Shown: positions 39,995 to 50,158, numbered from the stretch's first letter. The stretch: DNA of 64,000 nucleotides from Minisyncoccia bacterium (GCA_041752275.1 JBGSHK010000008.1:2641-66640), one strand, 5' to 3'. Translations and numbers: made by a program. The notes: generated by a model not told the origin, from the sequence alone.

Positions 39995-40525
39995 ATGAAA
40001 ATTGAAAAAAGAGTTAAATTTGAAATGATTATATCTAAAATATTTGATTTTCCTATCATTGAGTTTGATCCAGAAGCAGTTTTTGGTTCTGGGTGGAAAT
40101 TTGCTCCAGAAATCAATGGTCCAGCCGAAAATGATGGAGTCACAGGATTTCAAGAAGCAGTACTCAAGGCATCCATACTGCCCAAAGATCAAGGTTACAG
40201 ACTTTTGTTTGCAACTGGTCTTACTGCAGGCAATAAAGTAATTACGGGAGAAAACCGAATCAAAGTTATTCCAAACGTAAACTTTGCCGACCCAGATTTA
40301 CCTTGGAGCCTTTACAAAGAAGGTGATCAGAGGACCTTGCGATATTTTCATGACACATATGGAGTTAATTGGATGGAAAGTCTTCGTAGAATTCTCCTAT
40401 CTCCTCGTGGTGGTCAATGTGCGTTGTGTATCCGTCGGGACATTGACGGTTCGTGGGACCACGACTACTATTGGCTCAGTGACGATCGAGACACCGACAA
40501 TCCTGTACTGTCCTTCGCAAGTTGA
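39995..40525 (+). CDS. hypothetical protein inserted between msrB and msrA
   Basis: 176-aa ORF with no recognisable family; GC about 10% above its neighbours; its own terminator follows. Confidence 0.45.
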   Translation: MKIEKRVKFEMIISKIFDFPIIEFDPEAVFGSGWKFAPEINGPAENDGVTGFQEAVLKASILPKDQGYRLLFATGLTAGNKVITGENRIKVIPNVNFADPDLPWSLYKEGDQRTLRYFHDTYGVNWMESLRRILLSPRGGQCALCIRRDIDGSWDHDYYWLSDDRDTDNPVLSFAS

Positions 40526-40570
40526 GCTTTACTCTTGTGCCCTTTGTGCTATTGCACTTTACCTTTCAAA

Positions 40571-40606
40571 TCCGCCATTGTCGCAATACAATGACGGATT
40601 TTTTTC
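40571..40606 (+). terminator. rho-independent terminator
   Basis: tccgccattgtcgcaatacaatgacgga followed by ttttttt. Confidence 0.6.
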
Positions 40607-40632
40607 ATTTTCAAAAATGCTATAATAAACCC

Positions 40633-41142
40633 ATGATAAAAAAAACAGTACTTGCAGGTGGATGCTTCTGGGGCATGGAAGATCTCATCAGAAAATTACC
40701 AGGTGTAATAAATACTGACGTTGTTTACGCTGGTGGTGTTATAGATAATCCAACATATGAAAATCATACTGGGTATACAGAAGCTGTGCTTATAGAATAC
40801 AACGATGAAGAAACAAACTTTAAAAATCTTTTAGACTTCTTTTTTCAAATACATGATCCTTCAACTTATAACAGACAAGGTAATGATATCGGTGAATCAT
40901 ATAAATCACTTATTTTTTACAATGATGAAAACGAGATGAATGAAGCAAAAGAATTTATCGAGATAGTAAACAAATCAGAGCGATGGCCAGGACCAGTTAT
41001 GACCGAACTTAAAAAACTTGATATGGATAAAGTTTACAAAGCAGAAGAATATCATCAGGATTATTTAGTAAAAGTACCAAAAGGGTATACATGTCACTAT
41101 GTTAGGGAAGGAGGGAGTTATCTTATCGATTCAACCAAGTAA
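40633..41142 (+). CDS. msrA: peptide-methionine (S)-S-oxide reductase MsrA
   Basis: GGCFWG active-site motif. The ATG at ~40633 (MIKKTVLAGGCFWG) is preferred over the upstream alternative start. Confidence 0.9.
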   Translation: MIKKTVLAGGCFWGMEDLIRKLPGVINTDVVYAGGVIDNPTYENHTGYTEAVLIEYNDEETNFKNLLDFFFQIHDPSTYNRQGNDIGESYKSLIFYNDENEMNEAKEFIEIVNKSERWPGPVMTELKKLDMDKVYKAEEYHQDYLVKVPKGYTCHYVREGGSYLIDSTK

Positions 41143-41521
41143 TATTAAACTGTAAAACTGTAGCGAAACATACCCATAATAGATAAGGTATTTGTATATA
41201 ACTTATCCAAGGGGTGTGTTTGTATATTGCTATCATTGCCCATACTAGAGTTACTAAAACTAAAGATATGTCTAGTGCAGCCAAGAGATTATTTTTCAAA
41301 CCAAATTGTATGGGTGTGAAAATAGCATTAAATAAAATATTTAAAATAAAAGGTAAAGCTATCATAAAAGATATTTCTTTTTGATAAGTCATTAAAAAAA
41401 CTTTTCCAAAAGATATTGCTATCAATATGTATAAGAAAGTCCACACTGGTCCAAAGAGATATGATGGAGGTGCCGATGTTGGTCTAATAAGTGTTGAGTA
41501 CCAGTTGTATGTATTGTTCAT
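41123..41521 (-). CDS. tspO: TspO/MBR (tryptophan-rich sensory protein) family membrane protein
   Basis: WYSTLIRPTSAPP..FGPVWTFLY pattern; 5 TM helices. Confidence 0.7.
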   Translation of the reverse strand: MNNTYNWYSTLIRPTSAPPSYLFGPVWTFLYILIAISFGKVFLMTYQKEISFMIALPFILNILFNAIFTPIQFGLKNNLLAALDISLVLVTLVWAMIAIYKHTPWISYIQIPYLLWVCFATVLQFNITWLNR

Positions 41522-41599
41522 AGTTTAAGTGTATACCTAAAAAGAAAAAGAAGCCAACCTATAAATTGCATCCCGCTCAAAAAGTGCTAAAATTAAACT

Positions 41600-42160
41600 A
41601 TGAAAAAATCAACAATAATCATATTAGTAATAGTCGGTATTATATTACTTTGGTCATTATCAGCCTATAACTCACTTGTAAGTCAAAGAGAGCAGTATAC
41701 CGCACAATGGTCACAAGTAGAAAATCAATATCAAAGACGTTTTGACCTTATTCCAAACCTTGTAAATGCTATAAAAGGATCACTTAATCAAGAGCTTGAA
41801 GTGTTTGGTGCCATAGCCCAAGCTCGTACACAGTATTCAGGAGCACAAACACAAGAGGAACAGGTACAAGCAGCTTCAAGGGTTGAATCAGCACTTGGAA
41901 GACTTTTAGTTATAACTGAGAATTACCCTGAATTAAAATCATCATTACTTGTACAAGATCTTTTGGTACAACTAGAGGGAACTGAAAACCGTGTTTCTGT
42001 AGAAAGACAAAAATACAATGAATTTATAAAAAATTATAATCTTCAAGTACAAAGAATACCAGGATCAATATTCGCTGCAATATTTGGTTTTGATGTACAA
42101 CCATATTTCGAATCAACAGAAGGATCAGATGTACCACCTACAGTTGATTTAGTAAACTAA
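41600..42160 (+). CDS. lemA: LemA family protein
   Basis: N-terminal TM helix plus YNSLVSQREQYTAQWSQVENQYQRRFDLIPNLV LemA core. Confidence 0.85.
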   Translation: MKKSTIIILVIVGIILLWSLSAYNSLVSQREQYTAQWSQVENQYQRRFDLIPNLVNAIKGSLNQELEVFGAIAQARTQYSGAQTQEEQVQAASRVESALGRLLVITENYPELKSSLLVQDLLVQLEGTENRVSVERQKYNEFIKNYNLQVQRIPGSIFAAIFGFDVQPYFESTEGSDVPPTVDLVN

Positions 42161-42164
42161 ATAT

Positions 42165-43022
42165 ATGAAAAAGATTTATCTACAAATATTTATTATTTCT
42201 GTGATAAGTCTTTTTTCTTTATCTGCTCAAGCTCAAAAATTAACTCAGTATGTAACCGATGATGCAAATATTATTCCTGATGAACAACAAGTGATATTGG
42301 AAAATAAGCTATATGCTTTTTTTGCTTCGACTACAAATCAAATAGTAATATTAACAATAGAAGAACTTCCATCAAATGAAACCATAGAAAGTTATGCCTA
42401 TAAAATATTTCAGGAAAATACTATAGGGCAGAAAGATAAAAATAATGGATTATTGTTTTTGATAGCAGTAAATGATAGACAAAACAGATTTGAAACAGGT
42501 TATGGTCTCGAGCCTATCATACCTGACGTTTATACAGGGCGGTTACAAAGAGATGTTATAGCTCCAGCTTTTAGGGATGGGGATTATGTGGGTGGTATAA
42601 ACTCAAGTGTTGATCAGATTATAGATAGAATAAATAAAAATGAGGTTTATGTGGATACGGAGAGTAAAAACTATGACCTTGATCTTAATTCTGAAATGGC
42701 GGGTCCAATATTTTTTCTTATAATTATATTTTTTCAAATGATCATTAATATATTTTCTAAATCAAAATCATATTGGGCTGGAGGTGTTGTTGGATTTATT
42801 ATTGGTTTGATCATCTATTTATTTTCTGGCTTTATAATTGCTTTTGTTTTAACTATACTTGGATTATTGCTTGACATGATAGTATCAAAGCATCCAAATA
42901 TGTTTAAAGCTAAAGGTGGTGGTTATGGAGGCTGGGGAGGTTTTGGTCGTGGTTCGAGTGGAGGAGGATTCTCTGGTGGAGGTGGTTTTTCAGGTGGTGG
43001 TGGTTCAAGTGGAAGATGGTAG
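42165..43022 (+). CDS. TPM-domain (YgcG-like) protein with a Gly-rich C-terminal tail
   Basis: Signal peptide, then TPM core (VTDDANII...NGLLFLIAVNDRQNRFETGYGLEPII), a TM helix, and a GGGYGGWGGFGRGSSGGGFSGGGGF tail. The usual LemA-TPM gene pair. Confidence 0.8.
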   Translation: MKKIYLQIFIISVISLFSLSAQAQKLTQYVTDDANIIPDEQQVILENKLYAFFASTTNQIVILTIEELPSNETIESYAYKIFQENTIGQKDKNNGLLFLIAVNDRQNRFETGYGLEPIIPDVYTGRLQRDVIAPAFRDGDYVGGINSSVDQIIDRINKNEVYVDTESKNYDLDLNSEMAGPIFFLIIIFFQMIINIFSKSKSYWAGGVVGFIIGLIIYLFSGFIIAFVLTILGLLLDMIVSKHPNMFKAKGGGYGGWGGFGRGSSGGGFSGGGGFSGGGGSSGRW

Positions 43023-43043
43023 TTTTTATGTTAATATACGAAA

Positions 43044-43295
43044 ATGAAAACATATATACTCGATGTTCGCAGTCCGGAAGAATATAAGAATGGTTTTATA
43101 GAAAATGCAATAAATCTACCTATAGATGAGCTTTTAAATAGAAGTGATTTTGCTATGTTTATTTTAAAAGATATAGACAAGGAAAATGATCAGATAAAAG
43201 TGTATTGTGCATCAGGTGCGAGAGCCACTATGGCAAAAAGTGTATTAGAATTTATACAATATAAGAATGTTACAAATATGGGTGGTTTGAATTAG
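43044..43295 (+). CDS. single-domain rhodanese-like sulfurtransferase
   Basis: CASGARA active-site loop; 83 aa. Confidence 0.7.
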   Translation: MKTYILDVRSPEEYKNGFIENAINLPIDELLNRSDFAMFILKDIDKENDQIKVYCASGARATMAKSVLEFIQYKNVTNMGGLN

Positions 43296-43296
43296 A

Positions 43297-43866
43297 TTAT
43301 TTAAAAACCATAGAACCACTATCATATTTTAAATCAAACACTAACTCACCCTTATCTGTAAAATGATAACTTGATACTTGGCTTAGAGCCTTTGAAAACT
43401 CAGCTTCTTGTGATCCTTCACAATACATAAGTGTAGATATCATTTTCTCAAAAGTTATACTTTTTCCATTTGCAATATATTCACCACCAACACCATTACA
43501 ATCAGTTGTCGCTGAAAATGTCTTACCACCCTCGTTGTTTTTAAATGTTAATTTAAATTTATCTAAATTTTTTGATTTTATAATTTTTCCATCACTATAA
43601 GTTGTACTGATCCATGTCCATGTCTTTGTATCTAAATCCATATCAAAAATACCGGGACCCATATTTCCATTATCTTCATCTATGTTGATAACTAATTCAG
43701 GTTTAGGTATTGTAATTTCTGTATCAATTGTAGTAGTGGGATTATTAATATTATTTATTTCAGTTTGTAAAATAGTAACATCTTTTTCCGTGTAAGTTAT
43801 ACTAGTAAGTACAGCGGCTACTATTACTATAAACAGTGTTGACACTATGACATATGTTTTTTTCAT
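43297..43866 (-). CDS. exported META/HslJ-like domain protein
   Basis: Signal peptide; C-terminal MYCEGSQEAEFSKALSQVSSYHF pattern resembles the META domain. Confidence 0.4.
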   Translation of the reverse strand: MKKTYVIVSTLFIVIVAAVLTSITYTEKDVTILQTEINNINNPTTTIDTEITIPKPELVINIDEDNGNMGPGIFDMDLDTKTWTWISTTYSDGKIIKSKNLDKFKLTFKNNEGGKTFSATTDCNGVGGEYIANGKSITFEKMISTLMYCEGSQEAEFSKALSQVSSYHFTDKGELVFDLKYDSGSMVFK

Positions 43867-43894
43867 AAATATAATTATATCATAACTATAACCA

Positions 43895-45112
43895 TTATAT
43901 TTTTACCTCAACTTGTTTATCCTCAACTTTATCTTTCTCCTCCGTCCTTGTTTTAACGGTTTTGGGTGTAAAATTGTTTAGCTGTATATATGAAGGTGTC
44001 TGAATGTTACTTTCCTGTATTTTTGATATATTTTCTCCTAATATAAAATCACTTGCATCAACTACAACTTTTATATTTTCTGGTTTAAGTTTAGCTACAT
44101 CTCTGTTATTACCTGTAACCGTAATGTTTACAGAGTCAGGGACACTAGTTTTTATAATAAGATTATTATTTACAAATCTATATTCTATTGGTACTGAATA
44201 TTCCATTTTAACTATACCTGTCTTATATGATAAAAAATACCAAAAACTTAATGCAAAAATAATAGCCATTGTTTTATACAAAACATTTTTTATGAATATT
44301 TTATATAATATATTTTTATTTACTTGTAAAACTTTTTCTTCTTGACCTGTAAATTTGGCTATTATATCGACAAGTTCTTCTGGTGTTTTTACTTTTTTTA
44401 AAATACCTTTTGATGATATAGAAACCTCACCTCTTTCCTCTGATACAACTATTGCCATTGCATCAGTTCCTTCTGTTATACCTGCCGCAGCCCTATGTCT
44501 TGTACCAACTTTTTTGTATTCAGTAAAATCACGAGCTAAAGGTAAATGTAGTCCAAACATCTTTATTTCTGATCCTTCTATAAGTATAGCCCCATCATGC
44601 CCAGGAGACGATGAATCAAAAATACTTTGTATAAGAGCTGCACTTATTTTCCCATTTAAAGGAAAACCTCCTTCAAGTAAATCATCAAGCGGAAACTCTC
44701 CGGGAAAAACTATAATAGCTCCAACATGTTGATCTCTCATATTGAAAACAGCTTTAACTATAGTTTGTATGTTGTTTTTAGGTAAATCTAAAGATTTTGA
44801 AAAAGATGTCAGTCTACCAGATGATATCCACTTGAAAAATTTTCTAATTTCTTGTTGAAATACAATAACAAAAATTGCAATAAACAAAGTTAAAAGTGGT
44901 TCAAATAATTGTCTAGTTAAACTCAAATCAAATTTTTGTGCTATAAAGTTTAATCCAAACAATAATATAAATATATTAAGTATAAAAAATGATTTTGTCT
45001 TTTTTATAAAAATAATTAAGAAATAAGTTAAAACAGCTATTATCAATATATCAAATACATCTTTTATCATTATGGATGATAGTAAATTTTGTGTTTGAGA
45101 TAAGTATTTCAT
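43895..45112 (-). CDS. cdaA: diadenylate cyclase CdaA with a C-terminal YbbR/CdaR-like extension
   Basis: 3 N-terminal TM helices, then the DAC domain (DGAILIEG...GTRHRAA...VVSEERGE), then an extra TM helix and ~120 aa resembling YbbR repeats. Confidence 0.75.
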   Translation of the reverse strand: MKYLSQTQNLLSSIMIKDVFDILIIAVLTYFLIIFIKKTKSFFILNIFILLFGLNFIAQKFDLSLTRQLFEPLLTLFIAIFVIVFQQEIRKFFKWISSGRLTSFSKSLDLPKNNIQTIVKAVFNMRDQHVGAIIVFPGEFPLDDLLEGGFPLNGKISAALIQSIFDSSSPGHDGAILIEGSEIKMFGLHLPLARDFTEYKKVGTRHRAAAGITEGTDAMAIVVSEERGEVSISSKGILKKVKTPEELVDIIAKFTGQEEKVLQVNKNILYKIFIKNVLYKTMAIIFALSFWYFLSYKTGIVKMEYSVPIEYRFVNNNLIIKTSVPDSVNITVTGNNRDVAKLKPENIKVVVDASDFILGENISKIQESNIQTPSYIQLNNFTPKTVKTRTEEKDKVEDKQVEVKI

Positions 45113-45119
45113 ATTTTTA

Positions 45120-46083
45120 TTATATTTTATTTTCTATTGTATTTCTTGTTTTATGAAAAAAACCTTTATTTGGAATAATATATTCTATAAATTTAATATA
45201 CCATTTAAAGAATATAAGTAAAAATATTGCTGCAATAATATTGACAAGGAGATGAGCGTTAGCTATTGATTGACCTATATTTGTATCCAAGAAAAATACA
45301 ATATTTTTTAATGGATTAAATAATAATATTGTTAATATCACTGATGTTGCATTGAACCACATATGTGCAAAAGCCGTTCTTTGTGAGGCTGTATTCATAA
45401 CAAAAGATGCCATAAGTGCTGTAACAGTTGTACCTATACCAGAACCTGCTACTATACCAAAAGCTTGATCAAAATTTAAAATACCTTGTGCTGCAAAAGT
45501 TATTGCTAAAACCGATATGGCTGTAGATGATTGAAAAATAGATGCAGCTACAACACCTATAAATATAGATAAATAAAGTGAATCAACTCCTGCTATGAAA
45601 TTTAATACAATAGGGTCATTTATATATGGAGAAATAAGTAATTGTAAATAACTTAAAGATAAAAACATAAGACCAAAATAAAAAACAGGACCAGAATAAT
45701 GTCTAACTGGATTTTTAAATCTTCTCATCATAAAACCTATAACTATAAAAATAGGTGCAAAAGCCATAATATTAAAAGCTATAAGTTGTGATGTAAGGGT
45801 GTTACCTACATTTGAACCTATAACTACACCTAATGCACCAGGAAAAGTTATAAGCCCGGCATTTACCAGTCCTACCAATGTAACTGTTATCGCAGTATTA
45901 GATTGAAAAATAGCATTTATTATAAAACCTGTAAAAGTTGATTTTGCTTTAGTGTCAGTTGTTTTTGTTAAAACTTTTTTAAGTTTTTCTCATGCAACTC
46001 TTTCAATGTTATTTGAAAATTTACTAACAGAAAAAAGAAATAAAAGTATAGTAGCTAATATTATAAGTATTGTTGAAAACATG
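45120..46083 (-). pseudogene. Na+/phosphate cotransporter family (PF02690-like) gene interrupted by a single in-frame TGA
   Basis: The minus-strand ATG at ~46083 reads MFSTILIILATILLFLFSVSKFSNNIERVA, then TGA at ~45990-45992, then EKLKKVLTKT...NAIFQSNTAITVTLVGLVNAGL continuing in the same frame into ORF 45120..45878. The stop sits where the family consensus has Gly. Confidence 0.6.
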
Positions 46084-46328
46084 TTTCATATATTATCATA
46101 AAATTTATGTATTAGGTTAAATGGCAATAGTGTGTCATATAACAATATAGATTGCTTTTTGTCAATATTAAGAATATAGTTAATATAACGCAAGGATTTC
46201 TATCTAACATGTTTAAAAACACAAGAAATTGCTTTGCTTTATAAATTTCATTTTTATAAATGCAAATGCCAAAATATTCGGAAATTCTATTATAAAGATA
46301 ATAATTAATCTACAAAAATAATAAATAT

Positions 46329-46964
46329 ATGAAAAATAAAACAATATTAAAAACTTTAGTTTTAACTTTAGCCTTTTTTCCGTTTTTAACTAGTGCTGCT
46401 ACTCTTACTCGTCAATTGCAATTAGGTATGTCCGGTGCTGATGTGAGTGCACTTCAAACTTTTCTTGCGCAAGATAGGACTATATACCCACAAGGTCTTG
46501 TAACAGGTTATTTTGGAACATTAACAAAATCTGCTGTTTCTAATTTTCAGTCTAGAAATGGTATATCTTCAGTTGGACGTGTTGGTCCACAAACATTGGC
46601 CTTTATAAATTCTATATGGATGAATGGTGGAAACAATAATACATTTAACTCAGCTGTTATAGGTCCATTGAACTTAAGTACTTCAAATAATCAGGCTACA
46701 GTTTCATGGAATACAAGTATAAATACTACAGCGTCAGTTTATTACAGTACTTCACCACTTACATTAACTGAGGCGACAGATAATTCACCATTCATGATAT
46801 CTGGAGGTGCAATGACTAACTTAAATAATGATTTTAGTACTTCACATTCTAGAACAATAACAGGATTAAGTCGAAATACTGTATATTATTATGTTGTATA
46901 TGTAAAAGATGCAGCAGGTAATGAAAGTATAACTCTTCCTTCAACTTTTCAAACTTCAAATTAA
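46329..46964 (+). CDS. secreted protein with an N-terminal peptidoglycan-binding-like domain and a C-terminal Fn3-like domain
   Basis: Signal peptide; LQLGMSGADVSALQTFLA...GYFGTLTKSAVSNFQ matches PG_binding_1; beta-rich C-terminus. Confidence 0.6.
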   Translation: MKNKTILKTLVLTLAFFPFLTSAATLTRQLQLGMSGADVSALQTFLAQDRTIYPQGLVTGYFGTLTKSAVSNFQSRNGISSVGRVGPQTLAFINSIWMNGGNNNTFNSAVIGPLNLSTSNNQATVSWNTSINTTASVYYSTSPLTLTEATDNSPFMISGGAMTNLNNDFSTSHSRTITGLSRNTVYYYVVYVKDAAGNESITLPSTFQTSN

Positions 46965-47075
46965 TATAAATTTGATTGTTAATTAGTAAAAAAATAAAAA
47001 TACAAAAATACACCGAGTAAGACAGGTGTTTTTTTGTATATTGTATATATGTATAAAATTGGTTAATATGAAAAA

Positions 47076-47606
47076 ATGCAAAATACAATAAGTCTAGTAA
47101 ATACCGAAGGGCGGGTGATAGGTGAAATAGAAAAACTTGAAGCTCATGAAAAAGGCTTGCTACATAAAGCTTTTTCTATATTTATTTTTAACCAAGAGGG
47201 TGATTTGTTATTACAAAAAAGAGATGTTGAAAAATATCATTCGGGAGGACTTTGGACAAATACATGTTGTAGTCATCCAAGATTTAATGAAGATTTAAAC
47301 TTGGCAATACATAAGAGATTGATAGAGGAAATGGGATTTGATATTAAAGATTTGAAAGAGGTTTATTCTTTTATATATAATGTTAAACTTACTAACGGTT
47401 TAACAGAACATGAATATGATCATGTTTTTGTAGGAAAATATAATAATGAAATAATAAATCCAAATGCAGATGAAGTTTGTGATTATAAATGGGTTAGTAT
47501 GGATTGGTTAAAACAAGATATTATTTCAAATCCGGAAGACTACACTGAATGGTTAAAAATTATTTTAAAAGATGATAACTTTTTGTCATATTTATTTTTA
47601 AAATAA
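47076..47606 (+). CDS. idi: isopentenyl-diphosphate delta-isomerase, type 1 (Nudix)
   Basis: HKAFSIFIFN...LLLQKR...WTNTCCSHP...EEMGF conserved IDI-1 blocks. Confidence 0.8.
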   Translation: MQNTISLVNTEGRVIGEIEKLEAHEKGLLHKAFSIFIFNQEGDLLLQKRDVEKYHSGGLWTNTCCSHPRFNEDLNLAIHKRLIEEMGFDIKDLKEVYSFIYNVKLTNGLTEHEYDHVFVGKYNNEIINPNADEVCDYKWVSMDWLKQDIISNPEDYTEWLKIILKDDNFLSYLFLK

Positions 47607-47641
47607 TTATTTTTAAACAACTATCTATATAAGAATTAGGG

Positions 47642-47932
47642 TTATACAATATCTTTTTTTAAAATGTCTAAAACAAGTACACTTGCTTCAACATAATGTC
47701 CACTCAAAATAAATTCTCTTATTTCTTTATTTTCAACATCATCTATAATACTACTTACTTTTTTGGCATATTTTTCTGCCCAATTTATTTCGAGTTGTAT
47801 TTGTTCTGCTCTTGGTTTTAATCTAAAATCTGCACCTAACATTTCTTCTATAAGCTCATGTTGAAAACGCATCCTTTCTAGCAAGGGTATTCTTTCATAG
47901 TCTGGTCTCATATCTATCTGTTCAGTTGTCAT
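47642..47932 (-). CDS. hypothetical protein
   Basis: 96-aa acidic helical ORF with no recognisable family. Confidence 0.35.
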   Translation of the reverse strand: MTTEQIDMRPDYERIPLLERMRFQHELIEEMLGADFRLKPRAEQIQLEINWAEKYAKKVSSIIDDVENKEIREFILSGHYVEASVLVLDILKKDIV

Positions 47933-47940
47933 ATTGTGTA

Positions 47941-48949
47941 TTATATCAGATTACAAATAAATATTTTAGGATAAAGGTAAGAATTTATACTTGAATATAT
48001 TGTTAAATCAAGCCTCTCAACTATTTCAAATGGAGATTCTTTTATTAACTTTTCAAAGATTTCATATTCGGTCGTATATACTATAAGTTTTCCATTATGA
48101 TTTAAAACATTTTGGCTGTATTTGATAAATTGTTCATATAGTTTAGTTAAATCCTGACCTTTGTTTATCTGCATGCCGAAAGGGTAGGTTAGCTGTTATT
48201 GCATCAAATTTTCCAAGCTCTGGTTCTTCAAATATATCACCCGTCTTTATCTGTATGTTTTTTATCAGACCCGCTTTCTTGATGTTTTGTATAGCTAAAG
48301 AGTTTGTTTTTTTATCTATGTCCAGTCCTATAAGTTTTATGTTTGGGTTAATATATGCGGCTTCAATAAGTAATGTTGCTGAACCTGAGAAAATATTTAA
48401 ATAAGAATTTATATTTTCTAAATCACAAAAACTATTCATAGTATATGCTAAAGTGGGATTTAAACCACCTTTAATATTTTTTTCTTTATATTCTCTTACT
48501 GATAAAGGTCGAGAGGAAAGTCTTACACATATTTCCCAAAGAGAGTCGATTTTGTTTATGTATATTTCAAGATCTGCGTCAAGAGATTTATTTAACCTGT
48601 ATGTTTCTTGTATGTATTTTTCTGTTTGTAATATTTCATCTGACTGTGATCCTGCACATCGAAGTCTAAAGGTTTTAAAACTTTTAGGATTTTGTTTTAT
48701 CACTGTTTCTATAAGTTCACCAAGTATGGATTTGTGTTTGTTTATATATTTCGGATTGTATCTTGTATCTTGTTTTACTATATATGCCGAGGTTATGGAT
48801 TTTAAGGAGAGAATGTTTGTGAGGTTTTCAGGCGGTTCCAAATAAATATCTTTTTCAGACTCTGAAACTATAGTATGTGGTTTTATTTCGTCCAGGACTA
48901 CATCTTTTAGGCCTGATATGAAAGTGAGTTTTAGTAAATATGAATTCAT
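47941..48949 (-). pseudogene. THUMP-domain RNA (guanine/adenine) methyltransferase (UPF0020-like) with a +1 frameshift near 48160
   Basis: ORF 48143..48949 (THUMP plus Rossmann, DAITANLPF...) and ORF 47941..48174 (...QINKGQDLTKLYEQF...NGKLIVYT) are consecutive parts of one methyltransferase. Removing one nt near cccttt-c-ggcatg would give NLPFGMQINKGQDLTKLY, matching the NPPYG...LY consensus. Confidence 0.6.
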
Positions 48950-49100
48950 GAAAACATATTACATTATAAGGTTGGATTAAGGAAGTAGTATTACTAGGTT
49001 TAATCACTTAAATGTGTCATATAGCAATTAAGCTTGTATATTGTCAATGACAGGTCTAAACTTAAGTAAGTGCACAAAATAACTAATAAAAAATAAAATT

Positions 49101-49466
49101 ATGAATTCATCACATAACTCAGCATCAACAAAACCAACATATCGTGCAACTCAAGTTGTCTGGTATATACTAGGAATAGTAGAAGTTCTTTTAGCTTTTC
49201 GCTTCGTATTAAAACTTTTAGGAGCAAATGCTGGTGCAGGGTTTACTAGTTTTATTTACAATCTATCATATGTTTTTGCAGAACCCTTTCGTGCCGTATT
49301 TAGAAATAACAGTATAGTCGAAGGATCTATATTTGAGTGGACAACACTACTTGCTATGGCTGTGTATTGGGTATTGGCTGCAGGTATTATAAAACTATTT
49401 TTGATGGGTAAAACTGTTTCAACTCCAGAAGCCGCAGTTAAGTTAGAGGATCAAGAGCAAAAATAA
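49101..49466 (+). CDS. YggT-family membrane protein
   Basis: YILGIVEVLLAFRFVLKLLGAN...FIYNLSYVFAEPFR resembles the YGGT repeat. Confidence 0.55.
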   Translation: MNSSHNSASTKPTYRATQVVWYILGIVEVLLAFRFVLKLLGANAGAGFTSFIYNLSYVFAEPFRAVFRNNSIVEGSIFEWTTLLAMAVYWVLAAGIIKLFLMGKTVSTPEAAVKLEDQEQK

Positions 49467-49490
49467 ATAAAATAAGTTAATATTATATAT

Positions 49491-49892
49491 ATGAAAAAAG
49501 GATATTTTGATAATATAGAAAAACTGACAATAGAAAATGAAAACTTTAGAAAAGTTTTGTACACCGGTGCTCATATGCAGCTTGTACTTATGAGTTTGAA
49601 GCCACTTGAAGATATTGGTTTAGAAACTCACACAGAAAACGATCAATTTTTCCGTTTTGAAAAAGGAAATGGAAAGGTAATAGTAGGTGAAACTGAATAT
49701 ACTGTTGAAGATGGAGACACTGTTATAGTACCAGCAGGAACAGAACATAATGTTATAAACACCTCAGAGTTTGAAGATCTTAAAATGTATACTATATATA
49801 CACCAGCACATCATAAAGATGGTATAGTTCGTTTTACTAAAAAAGATGCTATGGAAAATGAAGAAGATTTTGATGGGGTTTTGAGTGAATAG
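49491..49892 (+). CDS. cupin-domain protein
   Basis: GAHMQLVLMSL...HTENDQFFRFEKGNGKVIVGETEYTVEDGDTVIVPAGTEHNVIN has the two cupin motifs. Confidence 0.7.
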   Translation: MKKGYFDNIEKLTIENENFRKVLYTGAHMQLVLMSLKPLEDIGLETHTENDQFFRFEKGNGKVIVGETEYTVEDGDTVIVPAGTEHNVINTSEFEDLKMYTIYTPAHHKDGIVRFTKKDAMENEEDFDGVLSE

Positions 49893-49895
49893 TTT

Positions 49896-50114
49896 TTATT
49901 CTTTAACTGTTGCATCCGACATGACAACAGTTTTTTTAGGTATTATTAGTGCTGCAAAAATGTAAAATAATATTCCAGGAATAAAACCTGTTATTATTAA
50001 TATAAATACAAAAGCTACACGAATAATAGTTGAATCAACTTCAAAATACTCTGCAATACCGCCAAGTACTCCCCAAATCTTTTTATCCGTTTCACTTAAA
50101 TATAGTTTTTTCAT
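49896..50114 (-). CDS. PspC-domain membrane protein
   Basis: KKIWGVLGGIAEYFEVDSTIIRVAFV followed by a TM helix. Confidence 0.75.
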   Translation of the reverse strand: MKKLYLSETDKKIWGVLGGIAEYFEVDSTIIRVAFVFILIITGFIPGILFYIFAALIIPKKTVVMSDATVKE

Positions 50115-50158
50115 GGTTTTATTATAACATAAATCTTTTTTCAGATTATAATGGAATT

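Noticed and set aside
45990-45992. Genome-wide TGA=Gly recoding (genetic code 25)
   Set aside because: TGA clearly terminates other ORFs here, and long glycine-rich genes (uvrA, hsdR) contain no in-frame TGA. One event is more simply a point mutation or sequencing error.
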